From Octopus sinensis (taxonomy: Eukaryota): a stretch of DNA of 64,000 bases. Each line of letters opens with the position of its first letter. The first letter of the stretch is position 1. The notes beneath the pieces are model-generated. The model had not been told where the DNA came from and did not search any database. It was given only the letters and a program-made list of their open reading frames with translations. The DNA lies in assembly GCF_006345805.1 (NCBI RefSeq), contig NC_043000.1:14632001-14696000 (forward strand), given 5' to 3'. Below are positions 24,730-36,387 of the stretch, in pieces. A program made the translations under genes and the position numbers.

Positions 24730-25990
24730 AATAATTAATTTGTGGAAGAGGGCAGACGTAATTTAACTGCAAACTGGACATTATGGCCAACAAAATAATG
24801 TTTACAAGAATTTAAACAACAATATGAAGAGTAAAGATATCGAAAAGATTCGGATGTTTAAAAACATAGTAAGCTTTTCACTGAACTACTATGCGCGTAA
24901 AATTGATTTTTGCTACCATGAGATAAATACTACAGCAGCTGTGGAGAAAAACAAGGTAGATTCGGGTGGTAAATATTTTGTGGGTCAGTCAGTTAAAAGT
25001 AATGGTAATTTTAAGAGGAAAGACATTTTAGAAAGAGTGAAACGTGTAAAGAAAAGCTGTGGAATTCAACAAGATTCAAAGCCAGACATCAAGCACATGG
25101 AAAACATGCGGTAACCGCCTCCACTACACGTTAAAAACACCAAGTTTCTAGTAGTTTATCTCCGTAGTACAAATTGCTAACAACATGAAATGGACACTGG
25201 TTATTATTATTCAAGAAACGAATGTATCAGTTTGTGGTAGAGATGTATACTGATGCTCGAAAGAAACTTTTTTCAAGGTAGAAGGCGGCGGGAGGGGAAG
25301 CACTCGATTATGTAAATGTATGTAATATTGAAACAACTGATGTCGACCAAGCACCAACGTCGCTACACGAGCAGGTGCTTGAAATAATTCAGCTTTTCCA
25401 GCAGCTTCTTAAACGTCAAACAAATAGCCTTTAAGTGAAAAAACCTACCCGTGCAGTAAATAAACCAGTCTCTGAGGCCTACCAAGAAGAAGTAGCAGCA
25501 GCTTGGGCTACCGTAGTAGTAGGAGCGGTACACATTTTCGGAAGGTAGAGCTACTTGCTGTGACCAGTTGTTGCTTTTATGTCAGATTAGAAATGAGGCT
25601 GGCTTTAAAACCTAAGACCACTTCACGTTGCCGCACTGCCGTATCTCTTCAGACTCACATTAATCTCTCTATTTTACTTAACACCATAATAATCTATGCG
25701 TTTGCAAATCTGCTTTGATTCATTTTCTGTTCCCATGCAGGTGTACCACACTGCTGCTAGAGAAGATTCAGCTGATGCCATGCTGCAGCCAGTTAATGAT
25801 GCTGGCGCGAATATTTCAGTCGCAGAGTTCTGTTAAGCAGAAAAATAATTCAAAAATTTGTCACTCTCCTCTCGCTAACTATTGAAACACAGAACTTTCG
25901 TTCCGCTGCCGATTGCATTTCAGTTTAACTCTGGAAACTTTAGTATCAATAACTTCAGTTGTTGATGCTAAAGAATGCCTTCGGTGTAAT
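24730..25990 (+). pseudogene. Possible degraded Crypton/tyrosine-recombinase-like transposon gene
   Basis: RMFKNIVS..DFCYHEINTT..KYFVGQSVKSN..KKSCGI loosely follows the Crypton C-terminal motif order; ends FQFNSGNFSINNFS; judged by eye only. Confidence 0.3.
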
Positions 25991-26980
25991 TATAATTTAA
26001 CAATATAAGAGGAATCTTAACTGAAACTAACATTTTCATTTAACATTTTTATTCCCTGACTTTACATTGCGTAATAAAATTGATTGACGAAAATACTTAT
26101 AAATTTCTTGTAAATAATAATTTCACCTTTTCGTACGAGGCAAAGAATTTTAATAATATATGAAAGTTTTCCTATCTAAATAATGAATTTGTTTTTTATT
26201 TCTTTTTCATTAAACGACATCCATCATAAAGTTTTCGAAGGTATATATATATATATACTAAGTAATTAAGGGTTTAGCAACGATTTGCCTCACCACATAC
26301 CGAATTTAGAAATAGCAGTCAAAAGAGTTTTGGCTATTCTTTCTACTTAAAAGGGAGATCTCAGTAAAACCACAGCAATGTAATAAGTGACAATTATTCG
26401 GTAGCCAAGATAAAACTGAGTTTCGGATGCCGAGGTGGAAATTCAGTTATATATATATATAATCAAAGAAGAAATCTTCCTTAAGTATTCTTTACTCTTT
26501 ATCATCTGCCCTATAATTCGGTCAATTTTCGATAAAAACCAGACGATGATAAGCACGCGTGTACGATGAATAGATGGGCGCGTGGTTAGGACACGAAGAA
26601 ACTAGCCTATGTGTGGAGATTTAGAAAGACAGTGTATTAGACTCGTGGATGGAAATATAGAGTGAAGAGACTTGTGTAAGGGTTGGTGGAAATAGATGTA
26701 TAAAGTTGGTTTGTATTTGGAGATGAAGAGAGGGAAACAGATGGATAGAGAGTGATTGTAAGAGGGAATAAAGAGAGAGAGAGACAGAAATATAGTAGAT
26801 GAGTTTGAGGGAAACGAGTGAGATTAGCTGCTGAATATGTACAGGAAGAGAGAGAGAGAGCGAAAGAAACTAGTGAGGGAAGGGGAGGAGAAATAAAATG
26901 GCTGGAGGTATATGAATGAGTGGGAGTAAAAACTCCACAAGTGAGAGTGAGTGACGAAGGAAAAGTGACAGAGAGGGAGA

Positions 26981-27170
26981 GGTGTAGAAAGAATGAGAGA
27001 GGCTGCGGCGGCGAAGAAGAACGTCAGAGAGAGAGAGAGAGAGAGAGGGAGGGAGAGGAGTAGGAAAGAATGAGAGCGGCGGCGAAGAAGAACGTCAGAG
27101 AGAGAGAGAGAGAGAGAGGGAGGGAGAGGAGTAGGAAAGAATGAGAGCGGCGGCGACGGCGGCGGCGAAG
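26981..27170 (+). repeat. ~65-bp purine-rich tandem repeat within a possible solo LTR
   Basis: GAAAGAATGAGAG..GCGGCGGCGAAGAAGAACGTCAG(AG)n repeated ~2.5 times. Confidence 0.75.
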
Positions 27171-27952
27171 ACTCCCAGAATGCCTAGCAGATCCCAAGGT
27201 TGGTTTCGTGGACAAAGAAGTCAGGAATGCGTGTTATTTAGTCATACAAGTTTTGTTCTGCTTACCTTTGTGACTTGTAATGGAGAAAAGTAGTTATTAC
27301 TCGAACTTACAGCTTAATAAAACCAGAAGGTAACTTTTGTTAGCTTATTCTGTCCTTATTAATTGCATTCAACTTTGTTTTTAGCACTTGTTTCATGTAT
27401 GTCATCCGAGAATCTACTTCCAACCTCATTATATAAATATATATATATTTGTATATATACACACACATTGTCGATTCACAAACTCTTCCATACCAAATTA
27501 TATTCTCTTATACGTTGCCCCGTGATTCGTTATGGGATTTAATAAGAAAATAAGCCTAAATGACATTTATTTATTAAACCTTAATTGATGTTTTAAAATT
27601 TAACTTATAATTGCCAACTTCTTTATATGAAAGAAACAGACACATTGTATATGTTCTCTCACTCTGACTTTGTCATATGTATATGTGTATATATGTATAT
27701 ATATATATCACATCGTGTCAGCCGGTTGATGGAGGTTATTTATTGCAGAATATATATACACACACACATATATATATATATGTATACTGTGGAATTGATG
27801 TACTATATATATATATATATATACACACACACTGTTTTGTTTAGAAATGATGAAAGTATTCAGTCAATACTGAGTAAATTGTAAATTTATACATTGCCAT
27901 TTATCATCGTTTCTATGCGTGTTCACACACACACATATATATATATATACAT

Positions 27953-28018
<66 letters not shown>

Positions 28019-29849
28019 CACATACATATATATATGTGTGTGTGTGTAGTTTTTCTGAAATTCCTGTAGCTCTTCCTTCGACTATCACCTGATTGCTAAA
28101 CTTTCTCTCTCTCCTTTCATTCTCTTTATTTCTTAATTTTTTTCTCTCACCTTATATATATATATTTCATTTCCACCACCTTCATAACAGTTTATATCTT
28201 TCTCTTTAAAATGGCTCCATCACATTCTTGCCATTATCACTCATCTTACCTGAACATAATCACTAATTTCCTTGCCAACTTTCACATGCCTGAAACTAAA
28301 TTGTCCTCCATCAGCCGGCTGACACGAAGGTTTTGTTACTTTTTTTTCCTCTTTTATATATATATATATATATATATATTTCCTCTTTAAATTCCGAAAC
28401 GTCTTATATTATTTATAACCTTGTTTTCGTCGGCTGACTCCGGGAGTGTGGGAAGTGGGGAGTCTGGAAGTCACAACTTCTTGTCTTCATCCATCAGCTT
28501 GGCTGCCTTCTCCCTCTCCTAAAGAATCTTGTCCTAATCTAAAATTAACTTTTTCTATCTCTGAGTAGGTAGGGGTGTTTTAAGTAGAGCTTTCTCTCTG
28601 AGAGTAGAGGGGCTATTATTATTGTTGCTTGGTGTAGGCCATTCTTCGTCTGCCAAGAACTTCTTAATGAAAAGTATGTCGTCGTCGTAGTAGTAGTAGC
28701 GTGAGGATTTCATCTGACTCGCTTCATGGAACCTTTACTGTTTATTGTTCTTTAGCCACAGAGCAGCTTTGAACCGGCGGATCTGTTATCAAAAGAGAGA
28801 AAAATAATCGTCCAACCGTGACCGTACCATATTTTTAGACATCGGTCCATGTCCCGAAGACTATATTAGCAACGTGTTCTTCCTTTTTTAAGATGTTGGG
28901 GGTGTGGTTTAAAGATTTTAAGCTTTTCGCAACAGGTCGAACAACCTCACTGGGACCCCCGACTGATACAACCATACATTCAACCAGAGCCCTAAGTCGA
29001 TCCTAGTTAAGCAGACTAATGATCAAAAATTCAAGTCATGAGCACCCTGTTTTATTTTCGAGAATAGTGTATCTTGGACTATGTCATTCAGTGTGACTTT
29101 TTTTAAAGACGGTAGAATGTAATTTCTTGTGTGTGTGTATTATGGATTTGAGGTAGATTAGGCTGCTATTGCCCGATAAAACAATTACGCTGAGATTTCT
29201 CAGTGTTTGTTTGGTACAAGGAATGATAGCAATAATATTTCTAATATAAGTACTGGGCTACGAAGGGACCGGACCCTAGATAGTAAATATCTCATTATCA
29301 AACCCCAAAATGGTGAAAGGTTAAAGTTGACCTCAGCGGTATTTGAATTGAGAACGTGGAGAGTCTTATGCAAAGCTTTTTGTCCGGCGCCCTCCAATTT
29401 CTGCCGATGATGGAGATAAGTTGTCATAACCTCAGGCTTATCAGGAAGAAGGAAATTATGACGTTTATACCTTCCTCAAGAGCATGGCAAACTTTAAATG
29501 CCTTCAACTGTCGTGGGAACTTTTCTCTTCGTCTATGCTACGTGCTGCAATATAAATAAAAATGTTTGTTTTTGACAAGGTACATTCCGAGCATAAGAGG
29601 TGGGGGGGGGAGGAATTTGTGACATACCTTTATGAAGAGTTATTACCTATATAGGTAAAGTGGTTGTAGATTGTGGAATAATCTTGATAATGATAATTAC
29701 TTCAAAATTGTAAACATCAGATTGACAGAAAAGAGATATTGCGATGTTCATGTTTTTTTTTCTGCGACCGAGAAGGTTTACATCTCTCACTTGCGATATT
29801 TTTTATTCTGTTATTGCTTTGTCACGGTATTACAAGGGCCCATGATCTT

Positions 29850-30290
29850 CGCATGCTCTCAAGACTAATGAGATATTTACTATCTAGGGTCTGCTTGAAC
29901 CTCTTTAAAATAGACGGTGATATAAGTTGAGCAAATAGGAAGGATTGGACGAAGAGGTTAGTATGGGATTTGGAGTTGAGGTTAACAATAGAAGTGGTTG
30001 GATCTGAATGGAGGTAGTATGTATAGAGTGGCGGCGTTATAGTGAGGCCTAGATAGAGAGAACATATCTGTGGGTCAATAGTTGAAGCGTATGTTTTGAA
30101 AAGTGAATGGTTAAGTTTACCAATCAGCCGTATGGCCTTTTGAATGCAATTTATAATGCATGTAACAGCAACAGTCTCACGCGAGTAGATTCTCCACAAT
30201 TGAATGATGATGTGGAGGAGAATTAACATGCGTTATTACCAGGAATGTTAAAGCAAATTCAAAGGCTGGATCTTTTGGCGATGTGGTTAT
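29850..30290 (-). mobile_element. Degraded CR1/Jockey-group LINE ORF2 C-terminal fragment
   Basis: IQKAIRLIG...ITPPL...HTNLFVQSF motif order. Confidence 0.5.
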
Positions 30291-32214
30291 ATTAATAAAC
30301 TGTTTCTGATTTAGCCACAATGCAATAATTTTAAAGGGAGGGCTCTGGTCGATATCATCGATCCCAGTATTTGACTGCTACTTTATCGGCCCCGAAGGGA
30401 TGTCAGGTAAAGTTCAACCTGGCGGAATTTGAACTCAGAACGTAAAGGGTCTGAAGTAATATCGCAAAGAAGTTCTACTGACTCACTAACGAGTTTATTA
30501 GCTGGCTAATAGTCATTTCCAACCATAGTTACTGAACCATAAATTTCGGAGCATGGATTTAATCGATTATTTGAACCCCTAATTGTTTTTGTTTGTTTGT
30601 TTGTTTTATTTTATCAACCTGGAAGAATGAAGGGTAAAACCGACCGTAACGTGTTTTGAACTCAGAAGTGATTGAATACATCAAGATATGCTTATAGCTG
30701 AAGGAAATATTAGTATAGTTTTCTTAATAATAACCAGAATTTGCAGAATAAGTAATATTTTCCATATGACTTCTGTAACTCTGATATATATTATTTTAAT
30801 ACAGTATCTTATATGTGATATTTTAACTCTTAGTCTCTTCGTTTCTTGACTTTGATATTATGTTTGAACCAAGGAAAAGTTATGCTCTTAGCTTGATATT
30901 TGCTCGACCACCAGTTTCTGTCATACATTCTTATTATGTACAGCTGTAAGATTGCATGTGCGCGTTTGTTTATATACATAATTTACATACATCGATTGAT
31001 ATACGTTCAATGCATTTACAGAACAACTATCGCGCGGATATCCTGGTAACCAGGTACGCAGAACCGTATCCACATTGCTAGTTAAAGTTTATAATAGTAA
31101 CACGATGTGGCTGTAATATATATATATATATATATATATAACAGTGTGTGTTATATTCTGTATGAATGTGTTTGTTATTACATATGCGCCTGACCTCTGC
31201 CTTACGTAAACGTACGTGCGTGTTTGGCTTATGACGAACGTAAATGTATTCGTGTTTGCTCTGTGACGTCTACGTGTGCCCGCCCTGTACTGTGTGCAAA
31301 TGTATGAGTGTATATTAATGCGTCCTAAAGCACTGTATTTCTTTCTGGTTACTGTTAATATTACACGCATGCACTTTCATGTTAGTGATTGATCATTATA
31401 TACAATATATATAACCATCTTCATCATTGCCAAGCGACTTTAATACTGCTGAGCATAGAAGTTGTTGATACTAACGTTTGTAATTTACTTGTGTAACATG
31501 CAATCACACATTTGTGTGTGATATCAGATCTATGATCAGAGCCTATCTAAAGCTTATATTGCCAATATGTCCTTCCTTTTCTTAGCTGGCAGTTAGACTG
31601 GATGTAGATTTGGCTACTATTTCTAGCATATCGAGCGACTGCGTAGGTGGCTCCCGCTTGGCTCGTTATCAGATAATTTGAAAATGTGTAGTGTTACTAT
31701 CTACGTGCTTGATGCTGTTTGATGTATTCATAATTTGATACACATTCTTAGAAATATTTTTGCGATAGGGATGGTTGCGGGCGTGTGCTGTAAAATATGT
31801 AAACTTGTTGGCTGGGCTAAGGTGCTACTTATTTTATTAAGGCATTATTATCATTCTATGATTTCAGAACGGGTGAGGCTGTGGTTAACAATTGTTTCAA
31901 AAGTCTGACTAACTACAAATATGTGTGCACTCCTCCACCATGTAACTTTCTGAAAAATAGATATTTTTTAACGAAATTTCTTGGAGAAATACGTTTCAGA
32001 TGGTGTAGAATACGATTATATTGGAATCGGTCACACACTTATCAAATATATTAGCTTTATTTTATTTTTTATTCCAAATAACATTTTATTAACAATATAT
32101 TTTTACGTAGGAAAAAAAACATTGAGTATAAAAGATCAAATTATCGAGAAAAATAAACCATAATTACTTCATCAAGCAAACAGAAGAAAAAAGGGAGCAG
32201 GGGTTGAGTAGCAG

Positions 32215-32745
32215 AAGACGGAGTGGGGAGTAACAGGTTGTACACCCTGGGCCAAATAGCGTGTTCGCGGACAAAGACGTTGCTGCGGAGAATGGCCAGT
32301 GACACTTGCAATATCCACCCCACCTCGCGGGGGCTCATTTCTCAGATGGGCCGCAATTATCCCGATTTTGCAGGGTAAATCAGCAGTGCGTGATTCGAGA
32401 ACTTCTGAGGTCTCGACGGCGACGGGCGCAAACTGAAAGCGGCCGGTCGGTCGGGCTCTTGTGTTTGTTTATCTTCCTATCTTCTGCGTTACGGGTGGTG
32501 ATACTCGGGTTTGCGGCCGATGCAGCAAGGTTGGGGCCGGAGAGCGTGTCGCAGCATGTCGCGTCCCAGATCAGGGATTTGTTTCCCTCGTATGGAAAGA
32601 AGGTTATTCCGTCGGGGCGTTTACCATCCCGCAATCAAGGCCTACTGACTGGCTCCAGATGTGACGGGTAGCCAGCCGCGTCGAGGCCTGTGCTGTGATT
32701 CAGAGTGGCATGTCGGGGGAACCAACCTGCGCTATAGCTGCAGCC
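32215..32745 (-). mobile_element. CRE-clade non-LTR retrotransposon 3' fragment (zinc knuckle plus restriction-like endonuclease), frameshifted
   Basis: CSYSAGWFPRHATLN..LEPV / DGKRPDGITFFPYEGNKSLIWDATCCDT..AEDRK / FVPVAVETS / VSLAILRSN. Confidence 0.85.
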
Positions 32746-33219
32746 TCACCAAATTGTTTAAGGAAATAAGCCAAAGTGTGAATTATCCGACCCTGACCTC
32801 CACCACCCACTACATCAAATTCCGAGGTAATCGTAATCTCCATCATCTGAAAGGTATTTGTAGAAAATTTTATCAAAAAATACCCAGTTTTCAGAAGTTA
32901 TCAGGAAAGAAATGGAGGTGTGTGAATTATTCGAAACTCTTTTCTACCGCTGCAGATTCCAATTTACATCGTCTAAAATACATCGTCTAAATTTACCCTA
33001 ATTTACATCGTCTAAAATATATTTCTGGAAATTTTCATTACAAAATATGCATCTTTTTTCATTACAAAATATGCATCTTTTTAAGAAAGTTATAAAAATA
33101 ATAAAGTCGTGCGCACATCCAAAGTTATGGTTATGTTCCAAAGCCATCGACAGATGCTAACGGCAACGATGGCTTGTCGCTGATTGTGATGATGGTTTCT
33201 TGGAGGACTTTTAATAATA

Positions 33220-33535
33220 GGTGCACTACAACTCATCTAAAGTGTATATATAATCAGGTGTAGTTTCGGCGGATTTCGGAAAGCATGAGGGCCTTAAAGG
33301 ATGCAGTGTCATGGCAGTCAACAACTGACGCAGGCAGTTTATTCCATGCTTCAGCAACTCTGAGCGTGAAAAAATGTTTCCGAAAGTCATGGGAGCTGTG
33401 TTGTTTTCTGACTTTGTAGGCATGTCCACGTGTGTTAGACACATGGAGATCAAAAAGGTGTTCAGTGTTGTTGTTGGTCAGGTGGTTGATAACTTTGTGG
33501 GTGTTTAACAAGTCCGTCGCCAGGACTTGGTAAAC
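33220..33535 (-). mobile_element. CR1-type LINE 3' end
   Basis: NTRGHAYKV..RKHFFTLRVAEAWNKLPASVV...ASFK is the typical CR1 ORF2 terminus. Confidence 0.85.
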
Positions 33536-33908
33536 ACCCACAAGAGCCCGACATGCCTACAAAGTCAGAAAACAACACAGCTCCCATGACTTTTACTGTT
33601 TTGTCACCCACCTTACTGCGGCCAGTGATTTAATGGCATACAATCCTCGCTGAATAATAATAATAAAAGAAAAACGATTCCTTTAACTACATTGATAATT
33701 AATAATGTTGGGTCACTAATAAAAACCTTATCGTCAACTCTCCACCATTGTCAGGATATTACAAGCAATAATAGAACTCTATAAATGTGAAGGGTTCTTC
33801 TAATAGTATATGTACTGTGTGTAACGGCTGTTGAGTCCGTAATGTTTGTAAGATTGGTGTATATTTAATGTGTGTGTCTGTGTACGCATATGTATATATA
33901 TTCACGTA

Positions 33909-33969
<61 letters not shown>

Positions 33970-34217
33970 TACAAACATTGGCAATTTTAACGTAAACGGT
34001 GTGGATTAGAATGAAACAGTAATAGGGAACGTGATGACAGCTAGGAAGTTGCATCTTTTCGAAACTTATATGTTAACTGTTATACATTCATCATTACAGC
34101 TTTCGTCAGAATAGAAATTACATCACCATTCATTCTTCCAAAAACTTTCTAATTAAAACCGTATCTTGTGTACTTTTCGAATGAGGTACGTTCTTTAAAA
34201 TATAAGTTAACTAAGTA

Positions 34218-34617
34218 GGTGCAGGAGTGGCTGTGTGGTAAGTAGCTTGCTTACCAACCACATGGTTCCGGGTTCAGTCCCACTGCGTGGCACCTTGGGC
34301 AAGTGTCTTCTTCTATAGCCTCGGGCCGACCAATGCCTTGTGAGTGGATTTGGTAGATGGAAACTGAAAGAAGCCCGTCGTATATATGTATATATATATA
34401 TGCGTGTGTGTCTGTGTTTTTCCCCCCTAGCATTGCTTGACAACCGATGCTGGTGTGTTTATGTCCCCGTTTCTTAGCGGTTTGGTAAAAGAGACCGATA
34501 GAATAAGTACTGGGCTTACAAAAGAATAAGTCCCGGGGTCGAGTTGCTCGATTAAAGGCGGTGCTCCAGCATGGCCGCAGTCAAATGACTGAAACAAGTA
34601 AAAGAGTAAAAGAGTAA
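34218..34617 (+). mobile_element. SINE family A, full length
   Basis: Intact A/B boxes and tail. Confidence 0.9.
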
Positions 34618-34789
34618 GTGATGGCGCAAAATGTAAACTTCTTCTATAATAATAACCTGTTTTTAAGCATTTATTCGTTTCGGCCATTCAAAATAGCCAA
34701 GTTAGTTTTATACATTTCCATTTATTGTTGGTTTTATTTGACACCACTCTAGGTAAAGAAACCCCACCACATACACACACACACAGAGT

Positions 34790-35460
34790 TTTTGGTTGTT
34801 CTTCGTTGCTGACGTCGACCCTCTCGAATCTGTTATCTTGGGGTGTGAGCACGTGCACATGCAAAGCTGTTCGGGATCCACATGTTCTTGCTGTATGGAT
34901 AATAGTGGCGGTTGCTGGGTTTTTTGGCAGCATACGGACCGTTTTGTTTTCTTGCTTGTGCGCCTGTATAATTTCTACACCCTTGGCTACGGTTGAGCGC
35001 TTGCCAAGTACGATCTATATAGAATGCGTGTGTGCTTGATTCTCTGACGATACTAAAACACTTGGTTAGTTGGTTGCTTGATCTCGTCAGCGCTTAGCGG
35101 CGGCGGCAGGCAGGGCTGACTGACAACTGTCAGGACTCCTCCGTTTTGGGCTTTGCTGACGTGATCAGAGAGAGAGCGAGCGAGGTGGGATGATATTGTG
35201 GGTGAACAGTGTGAAGTAAATAGCTGCTGGTTCAACATAGCTGTCATTCCAGCATGTATTCAGCGGGCTGGTGCTTACCCTTCCTCTCACCTTTACTGCC
35301 ACCCCCACAAGCTCTGTTGCTTTCTTCTCCTCTTCTATTCCCATTGTTGTTGCTGTAGTTGTTTTGTATAGAGTGGTGGCCGAGGTGGTGGGTTCGGCAT
35401 TGACAGCTGAGAATGTCAATTGCCGTCCCATTGTCAACTGTCACATTCTCTGATAAACAC
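34790..35460 (+). promoter_or_regulatory. CpG-rich candidate promoter/enhancer
   Basis: Unique GC/CpG-rich block with TGACG sites at 34810, 35045, 35085(-) and 35157, CACGTG at 34850 and TGACA/TGTCA clusters; lies at the edge of the CpG-retaining domain. Confidence 0.45.
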
Positions 35461-35729
35461 TGTATTGTGTGTCTTTCTCACTCTATGTATGTATGCATGT
35501 GCCATCTACTTACTACACCACCACCACCACCACCACCGTCATATCATCACTAACAGCAAAAGCTTTTCACCCAAATACCCGTCTGCTGTGTAAACAACAC
35601 TTTGTGCATCAAGCATAGCATTTCTTATTACCACTCAACTGTGTTGCTCTCCTTGCAGACATATAATGTGTATTTATGTATGTTATTGGCATTCCTTTCG
35701 ATGGGTGATAACTTTTCGCAAGATGTAAT

Positions 35730-36324
35730 TTCTGTGGGACTTCGTGTAACTACATAGACCAATGCAGGACCCACAAGTCCTGTTGGACACCCGGTGTTCA
35801 TTGTCTCACAAGATGTGTGTTATTTTTGTGTTGTCTCAAAGTGTTGGGTTCCATTGTAGATGATCCCTTTACGCTAGCTATTTACCGTTGATTCTTACAA
35901 ATTGGTGCTACATTTAAAAGAAATTTTCGTTTAAATACGTCTTTGAAGCACTTCCTTTGTTTTCTTTGTATAGGTTTTCTTTTATTCAACTGAGTTTAAA
36001 ACAATCCTGTGGCCAACTGATGGTGCAGCATTTGCACGACATGGTCAGTCCATTGAAGTCAATGTTGCTTGATCATGGTTTCCATGCAGATCTTGGCTTA
36101 CTTGAGCATGCTGACAGTCCTATGTTCAGTCACTGATTGTGTATGAGGATTTTCTTCAGACATCTCTGATGGTATACTTCCAGGAGATGTTTGCTCTTTT
36201 ACTTGTTTCAGTCATTTGACTGCGGCCATGCTGGAGCACCGCCTTTAGTCAAGCAAATCGAACCCCGGACTTATTCTTTGTTAAACACACCAGCACCAGT
36301 TGTCAAGCAATACTAGGGGGACAA

Positions 36325-36387
<63 letters not shown>

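Noticed and set aside
26385-26450. Minus-strand GAAACTCAGTT resembling an HHR 3' half
   Set aside because: No CUGANGA core or helix I partner; truncated by a TA tract
35418-35440. miR-92-like AATTGC start
   Set aside because: Seed would be AUUGCCG, not AUUGCAC; not miR-92
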